The position numbers and the translations under genes were made by a program. A stretch of 64,000 nucleotides of DNA from an uncultured Lachnospiraceae bacterium (GTDB lineage: Bacteria > Bacillota > Clostridia > Lachnospirales > Lachnospiraceae): assembly GCA_946405185.1 (NCBI GenBank), contig CAMJGH010000002.1, forward strand, positions 5,761 to 69,760. Direction: 5' to 3'. The notes below the pieces were generated by a model that had not been told where the DNA came from, did not search any database, and saw only the letters and a list, made by a program, of their open reading frames with translations. This document shows, piece by piece, positions 34,802 to 44,631 of this stretch. Within the stretch, counting starts at the first letter, position 1, and each line of letters opens with the position of its first letter.

Positions 34802-35440
34802 TTACTTCTCTTCTTTCAGGCGCTTCTGGCGAAGGTATTCCAGGATGATCTCCACGCAGCCGTCGTACCCGATACGCGAGCTGTTCAGGATCAGATCATA
34901 CGAGGAGGCGCTCCCCCAGGTCTTTGAGGTAAAATAGTTGTAGTAATTGGCACGTTTCTTGTCGCTCTTGGCGATCAGATCCGCCGCCTTGTCTTCGGAG
35001 ATGCCGTCGCGCTCGGCGATGCGCTTCACCTTGTCTTCCTTGTCCGCCGTGATGAACACGCTGACCATATGCGGGTTGTCCGACAGCGCATAGTCTGCGC
35101 AGCGCCCGATGATGACGCAGGAGTGATCCTCCGCCACCTTCTTGATGGTGTCAAACTGCGCCAGGAAGACGCGGTGGTTGATGGGAAGCTGCTCCGTGCC
35201 GCCCACGCCGGCTCCCAGCGAGTACGTGTTCATAACGGTGGAAAACAGAAAGCTGCCGACCGGCTTCTCGTCGTAATTCTCAAACAGGTCCTGCACGATG
35301 CCGCTTTCCTTGGCGGCCAGTGCCAGCAGTTCCTTGTCGTAGTACCGGATGCCCAGACGCTCTGCCAGCATCTGCCCGATCTGGTGTCCGCCGCTGCCGG
35401 TCTCCCGTCCGATGGTGATGACTTGCTGTTTGTCTGCCAT
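34802..35440 (-). CDS. Cytidylate kinase-like family protein
   Basis: 'ITIGRETGSGGHQIGQMLAERLGIRYYDKELL' is the typical N-terminus of the cmk-like (AAA_18-type) family. Confidence 0.75.
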   Translation of the reverse strand: MADKQQVITIGRETGSGGHQIGQMLAERLGIRYYDKELLALAAKESGIVQDLFENYDEKPVGSFLFSTVMNTYSLGAGVGGTEQLPINHRVFLAQFDTIKKVAEDHSCVIIGRCADYALSDNPHMVSVFITADKEDKVKRIAERDGISEDKAADLIAKSDKKRANYYNYFTSKTWGSASSYDLILNSSRIGYDGCVEIILEYLRQKRLKEEK

Positions 35441-35541
35441 ATAGTACCTCCTTCCGGTGGTCTCTCTCCCTTTGGAAGGCGACCGCCTTCCCCTCTTCTA
35501 ACAGGATTATACCACAAGTCAGGCACTTTTGTATAGGTGGT

Positions 35542-36474
35542 TCATTTCCGGGCGCGAAGCGCCGTCAGAAGTTCTTCCATTTCATCCGGAAGCGGCGAGG
35601 AAAACACGACCTCTTCGCCGGTTGTGGGGTGAACAAACCCCAGCAGATACGCGTGAAGGCACTGCCCGTGCAGGTTTTTCAGGCTCAAGCCGGCCAGTTT
35701 CCCTTCCGCCGGGCCGTAGACCGTATCGCCCACCAGCGGATGGCCGATCTTCGTCATATGCACGCGGATCTGGTGCGTTCTTCCCGTTTCCAGGCGGCAT
35801 TCGATGTAGGTGCAGTCCCCAAAGCGCTCCAGCACTTTCCAGTGCGTCACGGCTTCCCGTCCGCCCGGCACGACCGCCATCTTCTTGCGGTCCGCAGGGC
35901 TGCGGCCGATGGGCGCGTTGACCGTCCCTTCGTCCTCGCGCAGATTCCCGTAGACGATGGCCCGGTAGCGGCGCTGCAGCGAATGAACCGCCAGCTGCGC
36001 GGCGATGGCTGTATGCGCGGCATCGTTCTTGCAGACCACCAGCAGGCCCGTGGTGTCGCGGTCGATCCGGTGCACGATGCCCGGACGCTCCACGCCGTTG
36101 ATGCCGGACAGATCCGTACAGTGATACAGCAAGGCGTTGACCAGCGTCCCGGTCATGTGGCCGGGTGCGGGATGCACCACCATGCCTTTGGGCTTGTTGA
36201 CCACGATGACATCGGCATCTTCGTAGACGATATCCAGCGGGATGTCCTCGGCGGCGATGGCCACCGGCGTCACTTCGGGCACGCGGATGCGGATGCCGTC
36301 GCCGGCCGCCGGCTCATAGCTGGGCTTGACCGGACGGTCGTTCACCGTCACGTCTCCGGCCGCGATGCGCTTCTGCCAGAACGTCCGTGAGCGCTCGGAA
36401 AAGCGCGCCGCCAGATACCGGTCGAGGCGCGCTTCTTCTTCTCCTTCTTCCACACGGTAGAAAATGTCCGTCAC
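35542..36474 (-). CDS. rluD: RluA-family 23S rRNA pseudouridine synthase (RluD-like)
   Basis: S4 domain 'RLDRYLA' and catalytic 'HRIDRDTTGLLVVCKN'. Conserved lspA-rluD pairing. Confidence 0.9.
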   Translation of the reverse strand: MTDIFYRVEEGEEEARLDRYLAARFSERSRTFWQKRIAAGDVTVNDRPVKPSYEPAAGDGIRIRVPEVTPVAIAAEDIPLDIVYEDADVIVVNKPKGMVVHPAPGHMTGTLVNALLYHCTDLSGINGVERPGIVHRIDRDTTGLLVVCKNDAAHTAIAAQLAVHSLQRRYRAIVYGNLREDEGTVNAPIGRSPADRKKMAVVPGGREAVTHWKVLERFGDCTYIECRLETGRTHQIRVHMTKIGHPLVGDTVYGPAEGKLAGLSLKNLHGQCLHAYLLGFVHPTTGEEVVFSSPLPDEMEELLTALRARK

Positions 36475-37004
36475 TTCTTTTCGTCCCCGTCTGCTTTCGT
36501 ACCCGGCTTCAGGAAGGCCAGATCATCGTCCTTCCTGTAGACAAAAACCATCAGGATGATCAGCAGGATCACGGAGCAGACCACACAGATGTCCGCCACG
36601 TTGAACACCGGGAAGTTGATCAGCGAGAAATACAGGAAATCCACCACATAGCCGTTCATCATGCGGTCCAGGAGGTTTCCCACCGCACCGGCCATCAGGC
36701 CGAACAGGCAGAGGGTGAACAGCGTGTACCGCTTCTCCTCCGGCACCTTGCGGAGAACGCCCACGATCGCGGCCAGCATGATCAGCGTGACCGCCAGGAA
36801 AAAGAAGTTGGCGTTCTGCAGGATGCCGAAAGCCGCGCCCCGGTTCTCCACGTATGACAGTTCAAAGACGCCCGGGATCAGGGGGATGGATGCCGCCTTC
36901 AGCGTGGTGGCCGCCCAGTACTTGGTCAGCTGGTCGATCAGGACCAGCACGGCCATCATCACAAAGCCGGCGGTCTTCATGCGCGGTGTTTTCGTTTGAT
37001 CCAT
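36471..37004 (-). CDS. lspA: Lipoprotein signal peptidase II
   Basis: 'NRGAAFGIL' and 'FPVFNVADI' catalytic Asp blocks. Four TMs. Confidence 0.92.
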   Translation of the reverse strand: MDQTKTPRMKTAGFVMMAVLVLIDQLTKYWAATTLKAASIPLIPGVFELSYVENRGAAFGILQNANFFFLAVTLIMLAAIVGVLRKVPEEKRYTLFTLCLFGLMAGAVGNLLDRMMNGYVVDFLYFSLINFPVFNVADICVVCSVILLIILMVFVYRKDDDLAFLKPGTKADGDEKK

Positions 37005-37025
37005 TCTTCTGAAGGCTCCTTGTGT

Positions 37026-37667
37026 TTAGTAGATCGAGAGATTCAGCGTATTCATGTTGAGGGTATCGTTGACCATCTCGATGAAATCCCCGGACAGATC
37101 CACGGAACCCGGCGCCGCGATGAAGATCTTGTTGGAGATACCCTGCAGGGAGCCGCCGATGGTATAGCAGGCGCCGCCCACGAAATCGATGATGCGCTGC
37201 GCATCCGTCAGACCCACGGCTTCCAGATTCATGACCACCGAACGGCCGCTGATCAGCAGATCCACGATCTGCTCGGAATCCTCGGCGGAGCGGGCGATGA
37301 CCATGGAGACCATGGATTTGCGGCGGGAGCCGTCATCGGACGAAGAAGCGGCTTCCCGGCGCTCCGCAAAGAGCCTGCGGGACGGTTTGGCCGGTGCCGG
37401 CTCGCGCTCGGCACGCGCTTCCGCACGCTCGGCGCGCTCGGCCCGCACGCGCTCACGGCGCGGCGGAACGTAGTCGTCCTCATCCTCCTCGGCCGGCGCG
37501 TCGTCTTCCACCGGTGTCCGGTCTTCTTTCCAGCGGGCAAAGAGACCGCCGCGGTTTTCGCTGGTCACGATCTCGTCGTCTTCTTCGGTGATCTCCTCAT
37601 CCGTTTCGGGCTCATCGTCTTCCACATTGAGGGCCATTGCCTTAAGCATCTTGTCCATTACACCCAT
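37026..37667 (-). CDS. sepF: Cell division protein SepF (long charged N-terminal linker)
   Basis: C-terminal SepF core 'SMVIARSAEDSEQIVDLLISGRSVVMNLEAVGLTDAQRIIDFVGGACYTIGGSLQGISNKIFIAAP'. Confidence 0.88.
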   Translation of the reverse strand: MGVMDKMLKAMALNVEDDEPETDEEITEEDDEIVTSENRGGLFARWKEDRTPVEDDAPAEEDEDDYVPPRRERVRAERAERAEARAEREPAPAKPSRRLFAERREAASSSDDGSRRKSMVSMVIARSAEDSEQIVDLLISGRSVVMNLEAVGLTDAQRIIDFVGGACYTIGGSLQGISNKIFIAAPGSVDLSGDFIEMVNDTLNMNTLNLSIY

Positions 37668-37748
37668 CGTATCTTACCTCCCGATACCGATCATACTTGA
37701 GAGAAGCCTCTCCCCTTTATACTGACTGTAAACAAGTTATTTTCACTT

Positions 37749-39146
37749 TTAATAGATCACATCAAACTCTTTGACACCGCGGTTCTCCTGGACGATGTGA
37801 TCATAGACCGCGAGCCCGTACGGTGTGCCGCTGCGGATCAGCAGCATGTTCTCCGTGTGCTCGAGGATCTCCACCTGGCGGAACACGGCGTAGCCGCGGT
37901 TGATGTTGAACGCCCCCACCAGTTCCCTGGTTTCGGCCACCACGAACGTCTGGTCCGAATCCGGCAGGTAGATGGTATCCCCCGCCGCAAAATCCTTCTG
38001 GTTCACGTAATAGTAGCCATCCGCCGACAGGCTGTAGAACGTCGGCGAGATGAACTCCGGCGTTTCCTCGCCGGCTTTGCGCCGCAGGAAGCCGTACGTG
38101 TTCTGGTTGCCGCCGTACGCCGCGTACTCCTTGGGGATCACGTAGAACGACTGCGTGATCACCGCGGATTCCGGGATCTTCAGGCCTTCCGTCTTCTGCT
38201 TGACCAGCTTGATGTCCAGGAACCGGTCATCGGTGTAGCGGGCGCCGTACTTCGGCACATCCAGCGAGCAGAACTTGGTTCCGTCGGCCGCCGTAAACAG
38301 ATGGAACGGCGCGGACACGTTCTGCCCGGTGGATAAAATGGTAAAGGTCACGCGCTTGTTGGCCGCGGACAGGTCACTGACGGAGAGCTCGTACAGGTCC
38401 TGATAGTCCTCGTCGCTGACCGGCCAGATCAGCGAGAAAGACTGATCCGTGATGGTCTTGAGGATGGGCGTGCCGGCACTCAGCAGCTCACCGCTGCGGT
38501 GGATGGTGCGCGTGTATTCCGAACGGTCAAAACTGGCGGCAGTGATGTCCGCCTCCTTCAGGAACTCATACCCGTCCAGCGCGAAAGACACCAGACCCGA
38601 AACCTCCGCCGTGCCTTCCACGAAGGTCTCGCTGCCGCGCAGGCTGTCCAGCGCGGTCTGGCCGAGCGAGTTGAGCACATCCATCTCCAGGTCCCGGCGG
38701 ATCAGATAGACATCCGAAAACGCCAGGTCATCGTAGCTGGTGCGGAACTCGTAGAGTTCTTTTTTCATCTCCCGCACCGTGGATTCCGGGAAGGAATCCA
38801 TGCCGGCCATGGCCTCATGCAGCTTCTCGGAGAAGGTGCCGTTGACATCGATCGTGTAGAGCGTTTCGCTGCGGTCTGCCATGTCTCCTTCGTTCAGGAA
38901 GAAATCCACGGTGCCGGAGGCGTCCATGCCGCGCACCTGCTCATCCCGCAGGATCAGCGCGGTCACAGTCTCCTCCTGTGTGATGGCACCGGCCTCCACC
39001 TGGTAGAAACGGATCTCCTTGCGGGTCAGATACAGCGTTGTGAGGATGACCAGGTAAACAAAGATAAACAAAAAGAGGGCCAATCCCACATTGACGCGAA
39101 TTGGCCTCTTATAGCGGATGATGTTTTTCTCTTTGCGCGCTGCCAT
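37749..39146 (-). CDS. Membrane-anchored HlyD/barrel-sandwich-like protein, function unknown
   Basis: N-terminal TM 'VGLALFLFIFVYLVILTTLYL'. Blocks of the type 'VEAGAI...' and 'GLKIPESAVI' resemble membrane-fusion-protein folds. No partner transporter is adjacent. Confidence 0.4.
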   Translation of the reverse strand: MAARKEKNIIRYKRPIRVNVGLALFLFIFVYLVILTTLYLTRKEIRFYQVEAGAITQEETVTALILRDEQVRGMDASGTVDFFLNEGDMADRSETLYTIDVNGTFSEKLHEAMAGMDSFPESTVREMKKELYEFRTSYDDLAFSDVYLIRRDLEMDVLNSLGQTALDSLRGSETFVEGTAEVSGLVSFALDGYEFLKEADITAASFDRSEYTRTIHRSGELLSAGTPILKTITDQSFSLIWPVSDEDYQDLYELSVSDLSAANKRVTFTILSTGQNVSAPFHLFTAADGTKFCSLDVPKYGARYTDDRFLDIKLVKQKTEGLKIPESAVITQSFYVIPKEYAAYGGNQNTYGFLRRKAGEETPEFISPTFYSLSADGYYYVNQKDFAAGDTIYLPDSDQTFVVAETRELVGAFNINRGYAVFRQVEILEHTENMLLIRSGTPYGLAVYDHIVQENRGVKEFDVIY

Positions 39147-39157
39147 CCGTACCCGTC

Positions 39158-39577
39158 TTACAGGGAGACGGTCACGTACTTGCGGACGCTCTCGGGAAGG
39201 TCACACTCATCAGCGGAAACGCTTAAGATAAACGTAACCTGATTCTTGGAGCCGATGAAGTTCAGGAAATCAATGACTCCCTCGATCTCGTCAGCTTCAA
39301 TGCGGGCCAGCTTCAGGAAGCTGTCCAGGTAAATCTGCTCAAGATCGTGATCCGAAGCGATGATGCCGGAAATAAAGCCGAAGAAGCGCTCTTTCGAGTC
39401 AATGTGGTAGTCCAGCACGTTGATCAGACGGATGCGGTTGTTCAGCTCATACATGTGGTTGATGGACTTGTCGAGATAAACGATGGAGCCGTCTTTTTCT
39501 TTGACTGCCTTGTTGGCCTGCTCAAGCAGGATCTTGGTTTTGCCTTTGCCTTTATTTCCGGAAATGATCTGTATCAT
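39158..39577 (-). CDS. Small (139 aa) Walker-A-containing protein, function unknown
   Basis: N-terminal 'IISGNKGKGKTKIL' (GxxxxGKT). GC visibly lower than the neighbours. 11-nt gap to the downstream HlyD-like gene. Confidence 0.5.
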   Translation of the reverse strand: MIQIISGNKGKGKTKILLEQANKAVKEKDGSIVYLDKSINHMYELNNRIRLINVLDYHIDSKERFFGFISGIIASDHDLEQIYLDSFLKLARIEADEIEGVIDFLNFIGSKNQVTFILSVSADECDLPESVRKYVTVSL

Positions 39578-39662
39578 AAATCACGTACCTCCTTTTGATG
39601 ATATTATAGGCGAACCACAGGGAAAAGACAACCGCTTTTCACGGAAATCCCTCCGGCGGTCA

Positions 39663-40058
39663 TCATTTGTAGGCTTCGCGCCACTCCATGGCACCGGCCT
39701 CGAGCGACCGGATCAGGAGTTCGGCCGTGGCCAGATTGGTGGCCAGCGGAATGTTGTTGCGGTCGCAGAGGCGGAACAGGTAATCCGCGTCCGGATCCGT
39801 CTTTTTGGGAGCCACCGGCTCCCGCAGGAAGATCAGAAGATCCAGCTCGTTGCTCTCGATCTGCGCGCCGAGCTGCTGCACCCCGCCCAGGTGGCCGGGA
39901 AGGTATTTGTGCACGATGAGATTTGTCTGCTCTTCCACCAGCCGGCCCGTTGTGCCGGTGGCGTACAGGTCGTTCTTCTTCAGGATCCCCTGGTAGGCGA
40001 TGCACAGATTCTGCATCAGCATCTTTTTGGAATCATGAGCGAGCATTCCGATCTTCAT
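39663..40058 (-). CDS. mgsA: Methylglyoxal synthase
   Basis: 'IGMLAHDSKK', 'LYATGTTG' and 'GPLGGDQQ-like HLGGVQQLG' blocks. ATGA overlap with the rodA stop, with GGAGGG upstream. Confidence 0.85.
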   Translation of the reverse strand: MKIGMLAHDSKKMLMQNLCIAYQGILKKNDLYATGTTGRLVEEQTNLIVHKYLPGHLGGVQQLGAQIESNELDLLIFLREPVAPKKTDPDADYLFRLCDRNNIPLATNLATAELLIRSLEAGAMEWREAYK

Positions 40059-41215
40059 ACGACCCTCCAATCATCTTTCTCTTTCTTTTTACGCTGCAAC
40101 CCGACGTTCAGCACGATCCCCAGGCCCACGAAGGCGCTCAGCAGGGAGCTGGTGCCGAAACTGATGAACGGGAGCGGGATGCCGGTATTGGGCATCATTC
40201 CCGTAGCCACACTGATGTTGACGATGGTCTGGAAGCCGATCAGCGCCGCATACCCGGTGCACAGCAGCCGCCCGCACATATCCGGCGCCCGACGGCCCAC
40301 GTTCAGGCACAGGATGATGAACAGCAGCACGCCGCACAGGATGCCGGCCGCTCCCAGAAAGCCCAGTTCCTCTCCCACCACGGCAAACACGAAGTCCGTC
40401 TGCGCTTCCGAGAGGAAGTTGCCGTTCTTGACCGATTCAAATGTGGTGGTGTACAGCCCCTTGCCGGCCAGGCCGCCGGAGCCGATGGCCATCATGGAGT
40501 TCTCCTGCTGGTAGTAAAGATCCGCATACTGCTGCGGCCGGAAGAACGCCAGGATGCGGCGTGCCCAGTAGTGCTTCTCCACCAGTTCCTGCTCGTTGGC
40601 GAACAGATACCAGAAGAACGCGCCGGCCGCCGGCACGATGACACCGAGCACCCCCAGGATCCACTTGTAACTGATCTTGGCCGTATAGATCATGGCCGCG
40701 AACAGCAGCACGCAGACAATGGTGGTGGAGATGTCCGGCTCGCGGAAGATCAAAAACAGCGGAACGGCTGTGGTCCCCACGATGATGCCGACCGCCCAGG
40801 CCTTGTTGATGTCCCGCTCCAGCACCGACATCAGCGATGCCCAGAAGACCACCAGCATGATCTTGCAGAACTCGGACGGCTGGATCTGGCCGATGGCCGG
40901 CAGGATGATCCAGCGCCGGGCGCCGCCGCGGACCACGCCGGCGATCAGCACGTACGCCAGGATGGCTACGATGACGACCCAGATGACCGGGAACAGCTTT
41001 TTGTACAGGTGATAGTCCACCAGCGAGAAGATCACGGCCATGCCCGCGGAAATGGACAGGCCCATGATCTGGCGCTGGTACAGATCCGCGTCCGCGGTGC
41101 CGATGGTGGCGCTGCGGATCACCAGCACGCCGACCACCGACAGTCCGGCTGCCAGGAGCAGCAGGATCACCGGATAATCCCATATTCGATAATCGCGCAG
41201 TCGTTTCAGTGACAT
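40055..41215 (-). CDS. rodA: SEDS-family peptidoglycan polymerase RodA/FtsW
   Basis: 10-TM SEDS pattern with 'QPSEFCKIMLVVF', 'EPDISTT' and 'TDFVFAVVGEELGFLG'. The alternative TTG start is at 41230. Confidence 0.88.
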   Translation of the reverse strand: MSLKRLRDYRIWDYPVILLLLAAGLSVVGVLVIRSATIGTADADLYQRQIMGLSISAGMAVIFSLVDYHLYKKLFPVIWVVIVAILAYVLIAGVVRGGARRWIILPAIGQIQPSEFCKIMLVVFWASLMSVLERDINKAWAVGIIVGTTAVPLFLIFREPDISTTIVCVLLFAAMIYTAKISYKWILGVLGVIVPAAGAFFWYLFANEQELVEKHYWARRILAFFRPQQYADLYYQQENSMMAIGSGGLAGKGLYTTTFESVKNGNFLSEAQTDFVFAVVGEELGFLGAAGILCGVLLFIILCLNVGRRAPDMCGRLLCTGYAALIGFQTIVNISVATGMMPNTGIPLPFISFGTSSLLSAFVGLGIVLNVGLQRKKKEKDDWRVV

Positions 41216-41240
41216 AGACTCTTCTTTCAAAGGACGGGCA

Positions 41241-44111
41241 TCAGTCGTTGAGGTTGTAGGCGCCGCCGAGGTTGAAGGCGTCCAGGCTCATGACTTCGTC
41301 GTAGGACATGGCCCCGTACCAGAATTTGTAGATTTCGTTGGCCGCCAGCGCCGCAAAGGAAGATCCGTACCCGTTGGGGATGGTGACCGCCAGGCTGATC
41401 TCCGGGTTGTCGAACGGCGCATAGCTGATGAAGTGAGCGTGCTCCGAACGCTTCAGGTCCTGCTGCGACGTACCGGATTTGCCGGCCATCGGGAAGCACT
41501 CGATATCGGTGAAGTTCACGCTCTGCGAACCTTCGGTCATGACCAGGCGCATGCCGGTCTGCACTTCGTCCCAGATGGCGTCCGGCAGCTCGATCGTCCG
41601 CACGATCTCGGGCTCAAACACTTCTTTTCTGGTGCCGTCCGCGCTCTCGACCGAGCCCAGCAGGCTTAAGCGGTAGAGGTTGCCGCGGCTGGCGATAGCT
41701 GTGGCATAGCGCCCCAGCGCTGCCGTCGAGTAGGCGTGAGTACCCTGACCGATGGCCGAGGCGATGGCCTCGCGGTCGGAAATGTGCGGTGTGGATTCAG
41801 ACAGCTCGATGCCGGTCTTCTCGGAGAAGCCGAACATCTCCGCATAGGTGCGCAGTTTCTCGACACCCGCGGCCGAGTTCAGCTGTCCCTGGTCGTCGAG
41901 GCTCAGGCGGTAGCCGATCTCGTAGAAATAGATGTTGCACGAGTCCGCGATGGCATCGCGCGCCGCTTCGGGCCCGTGGCCTTCCAGGAACCAGCACGAC
42001 GGCGACGGCGTAACCTTTTCATAGACACCGGTACAGTTCACCTCCTCCGTCATGGTGATGACGTTCTCCTGCAGACCCGCGATCAGCGAGATCATCTTGA
42101 ACGTGGAACCCGGCGCGATGGTGGTCTGCGTGGCGCGGTTGTACAGCGGTGAGGACATGTCCTCGATCAGGCGCGAGTAATAGGTAGCGTCGATGGAACC
42201 CGAGAAATAGTTATTGTCATAGCCGGGGTAGCTGATCATATCCAGCACCTTGCCGGTCTTGACATCCGTCATGACCACGGCGGCCGAGCACGGATCCAGC
42301 GCCAGCTGCTGCGGCGTGAGTTCCAGGCTGCGGATCTTCTCCGACAGGTAGTGGAACACCACTTCGCGCCCGCCGGACTGAATCTGCTGCAGCTCCTCAT
42401 CGGTGTGCTCCAGCACGCCCTGGTACAGCAGCGCAGCCGTGATGTCGTTGCCGGAGATCACGTGGTCCGTGATCAGCTGGCTGTAGAGCAGCTTGTCGAA
42501 ACTGCGGCTCTCCTCCAGGCGGCCCATCAGATCCGCCAGCAGACGGTCGTAGAGTTCGTCCGTGTTGGCGTACTTTTCGTCCGTGTTGACGGCGGACGTC
42601 TCGATCCAGTCGTTGGAGATGGCGGCGCGCAGGAAGTCCTGCAGGGTGACGGACCGCTCGGCCCAGGCCAGGTAGATCTCGCTCTCGCGGTCGATGGCGC
42701 CGCTCTTGAAGATGCCCCAGCTCTGCAGCAGGTCGCTGTAGAGGAAGTCAAAGTAGGCCTGCTCGTTTTCGGAAAGCGTCTCGTAGGGGCGCGCTTCGGG
42801 CGAGGACAGTTCCTGCTCCACCACAGCCAGCGCCTCGGCGCGTTTGGCGGTAAACGCCTCGCGCATGCGCTTTTCGGGCTCCGAAGCATCCGGACGGTCA
42901 AACAGTTCGTAGTCCACCACGTTGTTGCTGATCAGGTTGATCAGCACGGTGCGGATGGGGATCTCCGGGTTCTGCTTCTCTTCCACTTCATCGGCGTCCA
43001 CCAGGTTGGCCAGAATGATACCGGCCAGCATGCGCTCCATCAGATGGTAAGTGCCTATGACTTTTTCAATATCGATCGTCAGGTACACGGAGCTGCCCAT
43101 CTCGGGCTCGGTGCGCTCCACCACGTTCAGGATCTGCCCCTGGCTGTCCAGATAGACGGTCTGCTGGCCCTTGCGGCCCTGCAGATAGCTCTCCATGTTC
43201 TCTTCGATACCGCCGACGCCGATGACATCGCCCGCCTTGTAGCCGGCATCCGGGTAGAGTTCCTGGAGTCTGGCCAGCTCCTCTTCATCCGCCGACTTGG
43301 TGTAGCCGATCAGTGCGGCGCAGTAGCGACCGTACGGATACACGCGCTTGTAGTTCTGCTCGACGGTCAGGCCGGCAATGTCCGAGGCCGCCTCCATGGC
43401 CGCCGCCACCGCCTCGTCCGTCAGATCGGAAGCCAGCGAGATGGACAGATACTTGCTGTAGGCCGTCATGGTGAGTTTGAAGCGGATGTTGAGCACGGCC
43501 AGCGCCGTCTCGTTGTCCGGGTTGACCGGCGTTTTCTTGTCGGCTTCAACCCAGCGGTCAAAGTAGTACTTGGCCTTCATGTAATCGATGACCTGCGTGG
43601 CCGTCCAGGCGTAGACATCCTCACCGTTGTTTGCGCGGCGCTCGATGTAGGTGCGCCCGCACAGGTCGATCAGGAACCGGCGGCGTCTTGCCGGCGAATC
43701 CGTGGACCACACAAAGCCGTACGGCGTGGCTTCGATGGGAATGACCGTGACGAGCGGCTCGCCGATCTGCTGCAGCAGGTGCCAGATCTCGCGGGCGGCC
43801 GTGTTCTTGGCCTGGTGGGTCCGGTAGGCGCCGGTATCCCGGAAGACCAGATCATAGACTACTTCGTTGCCGGCCAGCAGGTTCCCCTTGCTGTCGTAGA
43901 TGTTGCCGCGCACGGAAGGAATGTCCAGCGTGGCCAGCGTCTTCTGGACATAGTTTTCGCGGTATTTATCCCCGTTGACGATCTGCATGGCGTACAGGCG
44001 CCCGATGAGCCCTCCGAACAGCAGGGTAAAGATGATCGCCAGAGGAAACAGGCGGGAGCGGACCAGTTTGTTGAAAAAGGCGCCGATAAGCTCCCAGAAT
44101 TCCCTAGCCAA
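41241..44111 (-). CDS. mrdA: Class B penicillin-binding protein 2 (elongasome transpeptidase), unusually long at 956 aa
   Basis: TM anchor, pedestal 'SVRGNIYDSKGNLLA', and transpeptidase motifs 'STFK', 'SCN' and 'KSGT'. Sits between mreD and rodA. Confidence 0.88.
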   Translation of the reverse strand: MAREFWELIGAFFNKLVRSRLFPLAIIFTLLFGGLIGRLYAMQIVNGDKYRENYVQKTLATLDIPSVRGNIYDSKGNLLAGNEVVYDLVFRDTGAYRTHQAKNTAAREIWHLLQQIGEPLVTVIPIEATPYGFVWSTDSPARRRRFLIDLCGRTYIERRANNGEDVYAWTATQVIDYMKAKYYFDRWVEADKKTPVNPDNETALAVLNIRFKLTMTAYSKYLSISLASDLTDEAVAAAMEAASDIAGLTVEQNYKRVYPYGRYCAALIGYTKSADEEELARLQELYPDAGYKAGDVIGVGGIEENMESYLQGRKGQQTVYLDSQGQILNVVERTEPEMGSSVYLTIDIEKVIGTYHLMERMLAGIILANLVDADEVEEKQNPEIPIRTVLINLISNNVVDYELFDRPDASEPEKRMREAFTAKRAEALAVVEQELSSPEARPYETLSENEQAYFDFLYSDLLQSWGIFKSGAIDRESEIYLAWAERSVTLQDFLRAAISNDWIETSAVNTDEKYANTDELYDRLLADLMGRLEESRSFDKLLYSQLITDHVISGNDITAALLYQGVLEHTDEELQQIQSGGREVVFHYLSEKIRSLELTPQQLALDPCSAAVVMTDVKTGKVLDMISYPGYDNNYFSGSIDATYYSRLIEDMSSPLYNRATQTTIAPGSTFKMISLIAGLQENVITMTEEVNCTGVYEKVTPSPSCWFLEGHGPEAARDAIADSCNIYFYEIGYRLSLDDQGQLNSAAGVEKLRTYAEMFGFSEKTGIELSESTPHISDREAIASAIGQGTHAYSTAALGRYATAIASRGNLYRLSLLGSVESADGTRKEVFEPEIVRTIELPDAIWDEVQTGMRLVMTEGSQSVNFTDIECFPMAGKSGTSQQDLKRSEHAHFISYAPFDNPEISLAVTIPNGYGSSFAALAANEIYKFWYGAMSYDEVMSLDAFNLGGAYNLND

Positions 44112-44631
44112 ATTTCACTTCCTTCTTTCTCTCCCGTGCGGTCAGCCACCCGTCGATGCGCAGGATCAGACCGTAGATAAAGACCAGCAGCACCACGGAG
44201 ACCACGAACTCCGGCAGAAGCTTGGTGGCGGCAAAGCTCATCAGGTTCCGGTCACCTTTGAGCAGGAAGCGGAACACGAACACGTAGAGGCCGTACACCA
44301 GCTCATCCGCCGTAAAGACCACCAGCGGGATGAGCAGCATGTCTTCGGTGATGAATTCCTGCAGCAGGCCGTTGAGATACCCCGCGTACAGGTAGAACAA
44401 GGCAAAGAAACCGATCAGCCCGCCGCCGGTGACGTCCTGCAGCAGCCCGCAGAAAAAGCCTGTGAGCATGCCGAACTTCGGCCCCCGGAGGATGGCGATG
44501 GTCATGGTCACGATGAGCATCAGGTTGGGACAGATGCCGGCCAGAGACGCCGGCAGGATACCCGGCAGCCAGGCCTGGCCCAGATACGCCAGCAGCACGG
44601 CCAGCGCCGTCAGAAGAGCCCGGATGATCAT
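44104..44631 (-). CDS. mreD: Rod shape-determining protein MreD
   Basis: Small 5-TM protein directly after mreC with a 4-nt overlap. Size and context are typical. Confidence 0.75.
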   Translation of the reverse strand: MIIRALLTALAVLLAYLGQAWLPGILPASLAGICPNLMLIVTMTIAILRGPKFGMLTGFFCGLLQDVTGGGLIGFFALFYLYAGYLNGLLQEFITEDMLLIPLVVFTADELVYGLYVFVFRFLLKGDRNLMSFAATKLLPEFVVSVVLLVFIYGLILRIDGWLTARERKKEVKFG

